From: Antedon mediterranea
Taxonomy: Eukaryota; Animalia; Echinodermata
DNA length: 64,000 nt
Assembly: GCF_964355755.1 (NCBI RefSeq)
Contig: NC_092672.1
Span: 35,036,437-35,100,436 of the forward strand
Direction: 5' to 3'
The stretch's first letter is position 1. Each line of letters begins with the position of its first letter. A program made the translations under genes and the position numbers. Positions 1-12,800 of the stretch are shown here, piece after piece. Under the pieces are notes generated by a model. It saw nothing but the letters and a program-made list of their open reading frames with translations, had not been told where the DNA came from and ran no database searches.

Positions 1-259
1 TCATTCTTCAATATCTGGACAATATAACAACTCAATGACTGTTACGTTTTTCATAAACATCGTTTAAAAACCATTTAGTCGACCATTTAGCCTGCCCCCT
101 CCAGGACTAAAAAAATCGATCAAAATCCGTCTCGATTTAGTCGAGGTTGGCCTGAATTAGTCGGCGATTTAGTTGAAGTTCGGTTTATGAATTAAAATGA
201 CGTCATTTTTTTAGTTTTAGCTCGAACTACGACTAAAGTCCGGTTTAAGAATACGGGCG
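1..259. mobile_element. Right end of a second copy of the 927-bp element, in an RNFT intron
   Basis: Near-identical to 19798-20056, ending ...GTCCGGTTTAAGAATACGGGCG. Confidence 0.85.
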
Positions 260-609
260 TCTATATCTTTATTACTGTTATCGCTCGTCTGTGTAAATTA
301 TCCTTTATACATAAAGCCGATTTTTCACTAGGCGAATTTGTTCGCACGATTCGCAGGCGTTAGCTAATACGCATGCATACAGAAGGATTTGGAAGATGTA
401 AACATGAATACGCATGCGTATAAGCTGACGCTTTCGATTCGCACAAACGAATTCGCCTAGTGAAAAATCAGTTTAATATTGTTACGTTTTCTGGTTCTCT
501 TAAATCAGGCAAATTGTGAATATAGTATTTGAAAACATTTTTAAAAATTTAATTACATCTTCATCGTTTTGTTATAAAATAATAATGTATTTAATCTTTG
601 ACTCTCTAG

Positions 610-1185
610 GCAGGAACTCTCATTGATAAGATAAAAGAGGTTTCAGCAGCCACAAAGGGCTTTTGCTTTGACGTGGTAAGTAAATTATAAGTGGAGCTTT
701 CTTGCTTTCCAATCCCAAGGTCCAGGGTTCAATCCGGACTAATTAATTTTTTTCGTGTTCTCCACAGCAATACGGAGTCCACCTCGCAACAGGAGGGTCA
801 ACAACTGGTCAAGCTTGTCCGATTTGTCAAGATGAGTATACTGACCCTATTCAACTACAATGCAAAGTAAGCTTTATTGAATTTAAAAAAAATTGTATTC
901 CTTTCTGCCAAGCATTCCAAAAATTAAACACAATGGAAATATTGTGTCTAGGATCAGAAGTAGAGATACCACTGGGGATGCCCTAATTACAATTTTTATG
1001 ACAAAATTTCATATAATTTGAAATAACTCGATATTTCTGATATTTCTTTGCAGCACGTTTTCTGCGATGAGTGTGTTTCGTTATGGTTTGATCGTGAGCG
1101 TACTTGCCCGATGTGTCGTGCTAAGGTCGCTGAAGATCCTGCATGGAAAGACGGAAATACTACTTTATATATACAGCTATTTTAA
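610..1185 (+). CDS. RNFT2: RING finger and transmembrane domain-containing protein (RNFT1/RNFT2 family), last three coding exons; 5' part lies outside the window
   Basis: Exons 610-675, 768-866 and 1054-1185 have AG/GT boundaries and join in frame to AGTLIDKIKEV...CPICQDEYTDPIQLQCK-HVFCDECVSLWFDRERTCPMCRAKVAEDPAWKDGNTTLYIQLF*, a C3HC4 RING followed by the W[KR]DG.T..Q[LI][FY] C-terminus typical of RNFT1/2. Confidence 0.9.
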
Positions 1186-4100
1186 ATCATTTTTTTTATA
1201 TATATATTGAAATTTAAAAAGTTTGATCAAGAAAATATTAAATCTTTTGTAAAAGTAAACATGTTTAATAACAATAATACATCATATTTTAGTTGTTAAG
1301 CCTTTGTCTACACTATCAAACTTTATGTGACAAGAAAATGTTATGTGCCCATATATGGAGATGATGATGTCATCACTTTCATATTTGGGCATATCACAAT
1401 TTTTTTCAAACTAGTTTGATAGTTTAGACAGAGCTTTAGACATAAAAAAATAATTAAAAAAAAAATATTATTTAGTGAAATAGTTTTGAAATATTTGTAC
1501 AGTCCGCATTATTTTTACTATTCAATATTAAATGTTGTTAGGTAACATAAAAACTATTAAAAGATATATTGTCCTCCTGGAACAAATATTTTTTTTGTTG
1601 AATATGCCATTTAATGTCGCATAATAGTTATTCAATTTTACCAAAATTGGATCCAAAAAAAAAAAATATTTACCTGAAAATTTTAATTAAAAAAAATAGT
1701 CTAATTGACTGGAAGTCAATCATTTTTTTGGTTGACCTGCGAAATGGCCTTTTTAAAATTAATTTTCGTTTTTCAGAGGCAATACATCTTTAATTTTTTT
1801 ATTATTACATTAGTAATGTATTGTTATTTTTGTTTTATGTAATTAATGTGTCACTTATTAATTGATTTGTATGATTACTAGGAAACTCTAATTGAGATTA
1901 GATTATTTTTTACATTGTGAAATAATATGTAAAATATGTTTATATAATTATTATTATGGTGAAAGTATTTTTTAGAAATTGGTTGTGGCAAAATATTTTG
2001 TGTATATATTTATTTTTTACTTTGTAAAAATGATAAGGTAATCTTTACTGTCTACTAAAAGCATTATTTAGGTTCAATTTCAATATAATAAAAAAAACAA
2101 GATGACTTCAATGTGTTATTTGTTATTGTTAATAATTATTCTTACAACATGTTAATCTAATAGTTAAATCAAGTTAAGCGTGGTTTCCACTAGAACGCAA
2201 CACGAAGTATCAACGCAAAGTGCTGTATTGTGTAATCAAAAGTGGAAACCGACGACGTAGGAAATCAAATCAGTTTGACAGTACGTAGGTATGGTAGTGG
2301 CTTTTATTTTTGACGATAGAAATCTTGTTTCCGTATTCACATCTCAGACCAAGGGAAGCTCACTTAAAATTATAAGAATTTTCTCTTATTTAATTGAAAA
2401 CCACTTAAGGGAAATCCTTAAATGTATGTTGAATTTGTGAAGTAGTTAGTATTAAATAAATAAAATATATTCAATAAATATCTCACTTTCTCGTGATTGG
2501 TGAATATGGCCATCGGTAGGCATACTGTATGCAACCATGGACTATTCTAAAAGCTCTGTCTACACTATCAAACTTTATGTGAAAACAAAGTTTGATGTGC
2601 CTATATATGGACTTGATGATGTCATATCACTACTATATTTGGCCATATCACCACCATATTTGGGCACATCACACTTTTTTTTGTCAAACTAGTTTGATAG
2701 TGTAGACATTGACTACCATCAATACAAGATTTAATTTGAACCAAATATCTTAGTATTGACAATAACTCTACAAGTACTACACACAAAAGTCATCATTAAC
2801 ATACATTCTTTATTCAAATGATGAATTCATTCACATTCTCGACCTATTTACAGTTTTATTTCTTTTCTATACAACTAAACATGTATCCCATACATACACT
2901 CATTTTCTAAAGCTCCGTCCACACTATCAAACTAGTTTAACAAAAAAGTGTGATGTGCAGTATACCCAAATATGGTAGTGATGTGACATGTCCATATATG
3001 GGCACATCACAAAAAGTTTGATAGTGTAGACAGAGCTTAACAAATATAAACATCACTAGAAAATGTTCAACTCCGTTTCTTTCACATCCCTTTTAATAAC
3101 TTAAAATAAATAAGCTATATTAACAGTCCGCTTAGTTGGTACTTGCTTTACAAATTGAAATAACATGTAGGATATCTTAGTTACTGTACATGATTACTTT
3201 CCTTTATAACGCTCTGTTTACACTATCAAACTTTATGTGATGTGCCCATATATGGACATGATGATGTCATAGCATTACCATATTTGGGGATATCACTACC
3301 ATATTTGGACACATACATAGTGTAGACAGAGCTTTTGACCATATCAAAACAATTTAATTTATTATAACAGAATCAATGATTACAGAAGTCATGAAGCTAT
3401 AGCATACATACAGCAACAGAAAATCGTTTGTTATTTTAAAAATAAATATCCTTAAAAAGGCACGGGTCATTTGGCAAGATGTTATGCTTTTGAAACCACT
3501 AGTCTAATTTGTAGTATGCAGTCTAATCACCTGATTCATCACCTGATCAATCTTTCAAGAATTGCAGAACATACTAGACGCTTTCACCCACGAGGTGTGG
3601 ACATTGCCATTGTCTATAAAATGACTTAAGCTCTGTCTACACTATCAAACTTTATATGACAAAAAAATGTGATGTGCCCATATATGGACATGATGTCATA
3701 TCCCTACCATATTTGGATATATCACTGCCCTATTTGGGCACATCATACTTTATTTGGTCAAGTTTGATAGTGTAGACAGAGGTGAATTGAACAAGACCAT
3801 TTTCACAATTTTTTTTTTTTACAAATGTTGAATTTTTGAATTAATATCGTCCATAATTAATCAGCTCTATTCGAAGCTATATACAGTAACCATCAAACAA
3901 ACTTTTTCAACTGGTTAAGGAAATTTGTGAAACTATATAGATATATATTTTGAATGCGATCTGAACAAATTTAAGCAATTCTAAATCGCACAGTGATATA
4001 CAGTAAATAGTTATACATTCAGAATGCAATATGAATCTAAGCTAACTTAACACAACTTTGGCATGAACCAAGACTATGTCCAGGATTCCTGTATTTTGAT

Positions 4101-5427
4101 TGGCTAGTAATCTTATGAGTAATTATATTATGAATTTACATTATAAAGTAAAAACCTGTTTTTTTGGAACATCCCTATATTAAGGGGACATTTGCAAAAT
4201 TAATGAAGGGAATTAATACAAGAGTATTATATGGAAAACCCATATTCAAAACACATCCCTATTAAAGGGTGTCCCTTTAAGTGCAAATGGGGAATAACCT
4301 GTGAATTGCAGCCTACTGGGCTGAATTACACACAGGTGTGGATGACGCATACCACAACTCTCTTCTCCCCCAAAATGTCCCTTCATGTCGAGTGCTGCCA
4401 CCAACAATAGTTCTACTGTTGTGAATTTAGGTAGTTGAACACAACTTTGATATAAACCATATTAATTAATTATCATTTTTATCTTATTTACAAATCATAT
4501 AAAGCTAGTTCATTGCCATCCTTACATTTTAATTTCATTATAAATAATATTTATATTAAACACATGTTGCATGCAATGCAGTATACACTAGAACAATATC
4601 AAAAGTCTGTTTAATCATGGAAGACGAACCTTTTTTCAAAAACATAATTTTACAATTGGCAAAATGAAACAGTCTTCCTTACAGAACAGTTCCATTAAAT
4701 AAAAATATTCAAGGCACTTTTCTCAATAGTCAATACTGTTTAAAAAATTTAAATATCTATGGGTGGTGCTGTGGGGTTGGGAGAGATAACAAAAGTCATT
4801 TTATGGTTTATATGTATAGACACAAATCTTCTTGTGTGTTGTGTATATATAATTAGTAAATGTGTTATTACGATGTAAGCTGAGCTGTGATGCATAAAGT
4901 AATATGTTTACTACTAATGATCTCTAAAGTGTTCACTTCAAACAAACAAATTTATAACAAATATTAACATGATGTATAATTTATAATTGAAAAATAACGA
5001 TAAATTTTTAGTACTAAAAGTTTTGTGGCCAAAATAAAAAATTACAAATTTCATCATCATTAACACGGTGCGATATATACGATATATAGTCTAATTTGAT
5101 CACACACATTATAAAGGAAAAAATTACACCAATTAAAGTTTAAACAAATTTTAACCTGAGATATTAGCTACACTAAATGCAATTTAAATGATGATTGTTC
5201 TGTTTTTTTTTTTATTGTTCTTAATTCAATCATAGTTTATTAAGTCCAGTTTTTACTGTTTTAACCTTCTTTTTTTTGTATGTATTTTTTATCGTGTTTT
5301 TTAACCTTGGAATACACATTTCAATTACTATGTAATTTGACAATAAATTTGATAAAGTTGATTTGTATTAAGCTCTGTCTACACTATAACATTTTATGTG
5401 ACAAAAAAACGTATGTGCCCATATATA

Positions 5428-5836
5428 AATCCAAAGGCAAATTACTGAAAAAAATGACAATGCTGTGGGTATCAGTGGCTGGATCTCAATGGAGATACAA
5501 AATAAAATAAGCACTGAAAAAATGACAATGTTGTGGGTATCAGAGGCTGGATCTCAATGGAGATACAAAATAAAATAAGCACTGAAAAAATGACAATGTT
5601 GTGGGTATCAGTGGCTGGATCTCAATGGAGATACAAAATAAAATAAGCACTGAAAAAATGACAATGTTGTGGGTATCAGAGGCTGGATCTCAATGGAGAT
5701 ACAAAATAAAATAAGCACTGAAAAAATGACAATGCTGTGGGTATCAGCATGGAGGTATAAAAATGGTATCAGTGGCTGGATCTCAATGGAGATACAAAAT
5801 AGAAGCGAAAAGCTAAATCAAAACAAAAAGTAAAAA
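5428..5836 (-). mobile_element. Same retroelement family, 5'-truncated copy with 68-bp unit variant, inserted in a MITE
   Basis: Units recur every 68 bp (5514, 5582, 5650, 5718); 13-bp direct repeat GTGCCCATATATA at 5415-5427 and 5837-5849. Confidence 0.82.
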
Positions 5837-6261
5837 GTGCCCATATATATATAGGTTTTGAGTCGGTGGGTGTGCCAATAGATATCACATGGTGTTTAAT
5901 GTCCAATCACAAATGAGATGAAGGGGCTGGTACATAATTGACACATGATCAATATTAGTTATTAATTAATATTAAAATATGATAATATTGGATATATTTA
6001 AAAGTAAAAATAAAACACCTGTTGGTATAAAAACAAAAGCCTTAACACTCAATATACACAATACATAAGGCAAATGTTAGCAAATTCCATATTAAATATA
6101 ACCACAACAAATAAGACTGTACTGTATATGTCTTTTCTATTTAAGCAAATATTTTGTCCTTGTTGTTGTGTCTAAAATATGTGTCTAGAGATGTATAGAG
6201 CAAAATCTGAGTTGTCTTGTGTACAATCTACTTAGTACTGCTGCAGATTGTACAATGCTAA

Positions 6262-6621
6262 AGCTGATTTTCTACTAGGCGAATCAAACGTTTCGAAGAG
6301 AAAAAAATCGCCTACTCTCTTTCCACTACATGAGCGAATAGCTGCAACGTTCATGTTCCTCGCATGGTTGCTGAGCATTTCGATTCGCATGACTGCTCAT
6401 GAAAGCGTCATAGCTCATTTCCTGAGCTCTGATTGGTTGCGCAATATTTCGCTTCGCAAAAAGTAGAAACAATTCAAACTAGTAAATTTCGATGCAGCGA
6501 AAAATCAAGGAACTAGAATTCGTCGCAGAAGGGAGTATGACAGACAGAAACTCGAATACGCATGCGCAGAGCATGACGCTTTCGATTCGCGCGAACAAAT
6601 TCGCCTAGTGGAAAATCAGCT
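6262..6621. mobile_element. 360-bp MITE, Harbinger-like (family B)
   Basis: TIR AGCTGATTTTC[CT]ACTAGGCGAAT, TAA/TTA flanks; close copy at 22155-22514 and a shorter relative at 315-473. Confidence 0.8.
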
Positions 6622-6819
6622 TTAGGATAAAAATCCTACTGTAGGCTTCTTCTTAAATCCTTTTTGTTGGCTTTTACTTGTTAATTTACAAACTGGTTAG
6701 ACTGTCAAAGCTATGTCTACTATATTTAAGCTGAGGTGTTAAGCTTAGTGCTTATGCTAGTTATAAAATGTACTATACAGGTGCAAAGCATGGCTTTTCT
6801 TCAGTTGATAACATTAAAG

Positions 6820-9800
6820 TCATTGCATGTCGTCTTCGTCTTTGTTAACGGCTTTTGCTGCTTGTTGCGGCATTTGTTCCGGGTTGGACAGGATGGATGT
6901 TGTCCTGCCAAGCAAGGTGAGTGATGATAGTACAGCTTTAAAAAAAATTAAATAGATATTATGAGAAAAACATTTATTAGGCTCTGTCTACACTATAAAA
7001 CTTTATGTGACAAAAAATGATATGCCCATATATGGACATGATGATGTCATATCACTACCATATTTGGGCACATCACAATTCATTTGTCAAACTAGTTTAG
7101 ACAGAGCCTTACTCTATTATATAAGATAGGCACAATAATTCTTATTAGCCTCAAGAGAGCCAACAGCTCATTCGAAAAGGCATAGGGTATAAACATTAAT
7201 AGAAATAATATTGTTCTTACTAGGCCTAAGGGCCAACAGTGAGCAGTGTTGATCAAGCCAGCTGAGCACAGTTCTCAAAAGCTCTTCCTTACTGGATGTT
7301 GACACTACAGTGTTGAAAGATTCAAATAATGGTCTAATGATAATGCTGAACTGTTTTATACAAGTTAAGGTACTAACTCTATAAAACCAGACACATGCAG
7401 GGTGGCAATGGCTGATCCAGGATTTTTTCTAAGGACCAAATTACTCCACTCCCAAAGACTTGTAATAAGACTTTGTTTATGTAGAGCATCTTGTGTATAT
7501 GTTTGTCTTGTGAACTTCTGAGGGTCACTAATGATCAGCAATAGCTGGATGGATCACCCTCATTAAATATGGTTAAGTTAAAAAAAAAAGGGGAAGGGCC
7601 TAAAAATGGTGAAATGAAGGGATGAGCTTAATTTGATGTTTTATCTTTTGCATTACAATTTGCTACATTTACGGGGCAGGGGATCCGCCCCTGGGGTCGA
7701 GGTTCCTATTGGTGAGGAGTTTAATTAATAATTGTTTATGTTTCACAACGCCAGAGGCCTCAAGCATTGGATGGTCACTTAGGGTCACTAAACCAGGGGC
7801 CTTAGGCCACTGTGTTACGCCGCTGAATGTGGCTTCACCCATTAACTGGCCTAGCTAGCTATAACTAAGATTGTCTTGAAAAGCAAACTTTCTTTATAAT
7901 TTATAATTCTATTGTAAAGGATACAATCCAAAATTTCCAGTTTTGTTTCGTTCTTTCTCTAACATAATCATCAAACATGTTCTGCATTTGATCAAATCTC
8001 TGCCTTGTAACTGGTACACCGCTTGCTGGTAACTGCGCTTGCGATTCACTAATTTACGGGGGAAAAAACAAATACAATGAATTACTAATCATAAGGATGG
8101 ATCCAAATGATGCATGACATGTGATACATAATCAACCAATCAAATGGCAAGGCTAATTTTTTTATTTCTTTATTTTGTAATCGATATTATAAATAAATTA
8201 AAAGATAGAAATAAAAGGTGGTTATACGCCAAGTTGCGGATAAGATAGAAATAAAACAACAACTAGTTATTCGCCAAGTTGCGATTAACTGATTTATACA
8301 CATTAAGACAAATGACAACAAAAAAGTTAATAAATTATTTCCACTTATGTCCTATAACAATTGTAAATAAACAAAATTTAAATAGCAAATGTTATATTAA
8401 AATTATCACTTACTTGATTGAGATGTTGAGGGCGGCAATTTCTTGTCTAAGTAACTCTATTTCTTTTTCGTGCTGTATCCGCTCCTGCTTTAACTTCTTC
8501 GTATAATCCACGCCCTTTTGTAACATGGAAGCCTTACTAATCTTAGAACTTGGATTTTGATTAATTGATGGTATTAACGAATGGAGCATATCAAAACCAG
8601 ACTGGAAAATAATAAAGTTAAATGTTAAATCTTCTATTTTGGTCCTTAAGCTTAAGTGGAAACTGAGGAAATTCGGATTAGGCCCTCCATAGACCCTATC
8701 AGATCAGCACACCGGGAGACGATTCTGTACTCTTTAAATAGTGTACCAAGTTCTTTAACATGCAATGCTAAGTACACGGGACCAACGGCTTTACATCCTA
8801 TCCGAAGGATGATGCAATGAGAGTAAAGCATCTTGCCTAAGAATGCAATTAGTATGGTACAGATAACCTTGTTTCAATAATAACAATTTATTCAGACTGC
8901 CTAAAGCAAAGTACAACAAAGAAACTATTGTTACAAAATCTGAACTCGGTTATAAAACTTCAATACATCAAAACCAGACTGCTATATAAAGATACTAATG
9001 GTAATAACATAATACTAGCTATTATTGTTCTCTTCAAACAGTTTCATTGTTTTTTTACTATCAAAAATGTTGGATGCACCCAAATATGTTAGTGATATGT
9101 CATTGTGTCCATATATGGGCACATCACATTTTTCTTGTCATATAAAGTGTGACTGATAGTGTAGACAGAGCTCTACATGTACATAATATGATCAACAAAC
9201 TGAATATAGACTATATTTAGGGACTTGCAGACAGTTTAAGTGACTCAAAGTCGTAGAGGTCATATGATTTTAAAGAACTGAACTAACTACTATATTTACT
9301 CACTAACCTTGATATTAAAACGTCTTTTCTGTTCTGCTGATATGTGTGTACATGATTTCTTGAAATCCTAAATAAAAAAGAAAATAAACATTAAAAAACA
9401 AATAAAACAAATATATTATATAAACTGATAAATAAATTCAAAGGCAAATTACTGAAAAAATGATAATGCTGTGGGTATCAATGGAAAACAATAAAGTAAA
9501 ATAACCAGAAAAATTTGCAGAGCTTTCATTCAACACAACATTAAAGCAAGTGAGAGTACTTAGATCGAAATAAATAAATATTTGTGATAATACAAATTTA
9601 AAGTAAATCAAAACTATATTCAACCTACCTTATCATCATCATCCCTGCTACGATGACCCTGAAAAAACAACATGTATTTTTTTATTTAAAAATATATCAT
9701 TAAAAACTCTAGCAATATCACAAAAACCAACTCTAAAGATATAGAAATATTTAGAATAAGAAATAATGTTGTGATGTTACTACAAACACTTGTGACATCA

Positions 9801-12800
9801 TCATGTCCATATATGGGCACATCAAATTATTTTGTCACATAACGTTTGATAGTGTAGACTGGGCTTTATTCAATCTACAATCAATTTAGAAATCTTATTC
9901 TTTTTACCTGTTTTAGATCCGTGGAGTCCGGCAAAATTGCGAGTGGGTTAATAGTTGTTGTTGATATTGGACCTAGGACAAAATCAAATCATATGTTAAA
10001 AAATACAATCTAGGGTTGGTACACACCTTATAAATAAACAGGTGCAAGACCTGAATGAAAGAGTGAGGTGCACACAGAGTCGCCTAAAGAAACAAGCTCT
10101 TTCTACACTATCAAACTAGTTTAAAAAAAAGTGTAATGTACCCAAATATGGTAGTGATATGACATCATCATGTCCATATATGGGCACATCACACTAGTAT
10201 GATAGTGTAGACAGAGCCTTAGAATTCCTTTGTTCTTTTTACACCTTTTAAAGGAGTTTTAACATCACAAAGGAGGATATAAATGACTAAAAGCACGACC
10301 ATATGGCATACTATTGCGTTGATTTATAAGCTTGTTTATTGAATGCAGCTGAGGCTCTAAAAAGCATTTAAGTCAATAAAACATCACTAAAAACTGAAAT
10401 GAAGTACATTTTTTGGCTACAAAAAGTGTTACACTTACAGTGGGTTTCTGGATGTAAATTGCCTTTACCCACTACAATTATATCCACAACTCGTCCAAGA
10501 GGTATCTCCATTTACATGAATGTACTGCAATAATAATTTAACTTATAAAATGAAAAGTAAAACTAACTTGTTGGAATTTTTGGTTTAGCTCCACTAGCAG
10601 CGTTGACCATATTTGATGTAGAAATTTTAAATATTGGCTAGAAAAGAAAAACAGTGTAAAGGTAAATGTTTATATAATTATATGTTTATATTAAATTGTA
10701 CAAATGTTTATCTTTGCTACAGGGACTGTGAATATAATATGTATAAATATATTAAAAGATATATTTTCCCCCTAAAAAAATTTTTTTTTAAACATTTTTT
10801 TGTGTTAAATATGCCATTTTAATTTTACATAATATAGTTATTCACTTTGACCAAAAACTTTTTCAAAAAATATGTAATTTGAATATGGTTTTTAGTTAAA
10901 ATTAACCGTTTCTTTTGTCTTTTTATACGTGAAATATTTTTTTTTTTCTACAGAAGTGAATAACTTTATTAAAACTGCAAAATGGCTTATTCAAAATCTG
11001 ATTTTATTAATTTTTATTTTTCATGTTTTTGAGGATAATTCTTTACATTTTTTTTAAATACATCTTAATTAAATTACTCACTGTAGTACTTGTTATCACA
11101 CAGGTTGAATTCATAGACAGTTCACTTTTCAAGATCGTTGGAACTAAAGATGTTGTAGAAGTTTTAACAACACCAGTTTTGGATGTTGTCTCTGAAAAAT
11201 GAAATTCTGAAAATTGGTTATCGCAAATATTTTTACCTTCTCAAAACACCCCTAGTAACGAACACCCCTAGTAACGGACACCCCTAGTAAAGGGACACCC
11301 TTAGTAATGGGAGGGGACACCCCTAGTAAAGCGACATCCCCAGTAGTAAGGGACACCCTGGTAAAACAAACAAGGGAACTCCCTATTTATGGGACATCCC
11401 AAGTAAGAAAACACTTTGTTGGATGCTGAAGGTATCCCTTTAACAAAGGATCTACTATAGTTTTCTCCCAATTTCAGAGTAATTTTCAATATATTCTTGT
11501 GTACCTACAAGCCCTAGATTACTTGCTACATACCCTTGTTGAGAAGCTGTGAAAGCAGAGCTGTAGTACTGTTACTACTACTAGAAGTAGAAGGACCTGG
11601 AGCAGGCGCTATCCGCCTAGTTGGCGGCTTACTCTTTGGCACCGTGAAAACATCTCTATGCACTACTGTAGTGTGCGATACCGGCAACGGTAAGATAACC
11701 TGATGCGTAGACGCGGCAGGCAGAACTATTGAAGCGGTCGGTTGAGTAAATTGCACTTGTTGTGGCGCAGCCTGTTGTGGCTGCAGTACGGGAGCTTTCA
11801 CAAAATGCGTGATCACAGGTTTCTGCTCCGCAGCCTGTGTCGCAGCCTGTTGTAATATTTGCACGGCACTTTTTGTGAAAATTGTCTGTGGATTATGCAT
11901 GGTTACTTGGGGTGCGGAGAATGTCGGTTGTGTTAAACTGACTAACGTTCTTTGAGGCGTAACGCCCTGAAGGATAGGTTGACCTTGTTGAATGGTCAAC
12001 TGCGAGTCCACGATAGGATTTAACAAGGTGACATTTTGTTGTTGTTGCGTAAGCATTTGGGTGACATCAACAATGTTCTGTCTTTGCTGGTCTAATTGTG
12101 CCTCATCTTGTCGGAATTGTTCTACCAGCGACGCCGTGAACTCATCTTTGGAGGTGTTGCCTAAAGCCTCTGTGATCTGTATTGGGTATGGTCCTTGGAA
12201 TTGTCCTAAATCATTCACTTGTACTGTGTTATATAATGAAGCGTTATCGGACGTTGCAGAATTATTACTCAAAATCTGAGAACTGTGACTTAAAATTTGC
12301 GAATTGCCACTTAAAATCTGAGACCTGCCCAATACTTGTGGACTACTATTCAACAATTGTGAGTTATTGCTCGACATTTGAGAGGTGTTACTCAACATTT
12401 GAGAGGCGTTCCTCAACATTTGAGTGGCGTTACTCAACATTTGAGCATTGTTACTTGACATTTGAGAGGGGTCACTCAACATTTGAGCATTGTTAGTTAA
12501 CATTGGAGATTCATTACTCAACATTTGAGGGTCGTTGCTCAACATTTGTGTATTGAAATTGGAACCCAAATTCTGGTCTGTTTCAAGTGATTGCATAGAA
12601 TGGTCAGTAGATCCAACTGTACTAATAGGTAGAAGCAACGAGGGCTCATAACGTCTTTGTTGTATTGATGGAAAATTCTAATAAAAAAAATGTAAAAACA
12701 CATAAATACAGTAGAATCCCTCATTTATGACACCTCTATCAAGGTTTGAATGAACATCCCCGCATTCCACTTCTCCCTCCTACTCTCTCTATTTTTTTAA

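Noticed and set aside
6248-6466. Duplicated small ORF also seen at 22099-22374
   Set aside because: Both lie within copies of the 360-bp MITE; similarity reflects the repeat, not a gene family.
10439-10524. Possible extra Mondo exon with TTGCAG acceptor and GTAAGT donor on the minus strand
   Set aside because: It would need a 43-nt upstream intron and introduces an in-frame stop, while the flanking exons already join in phase. It could be a poison exon, but that needs RNA-seq.
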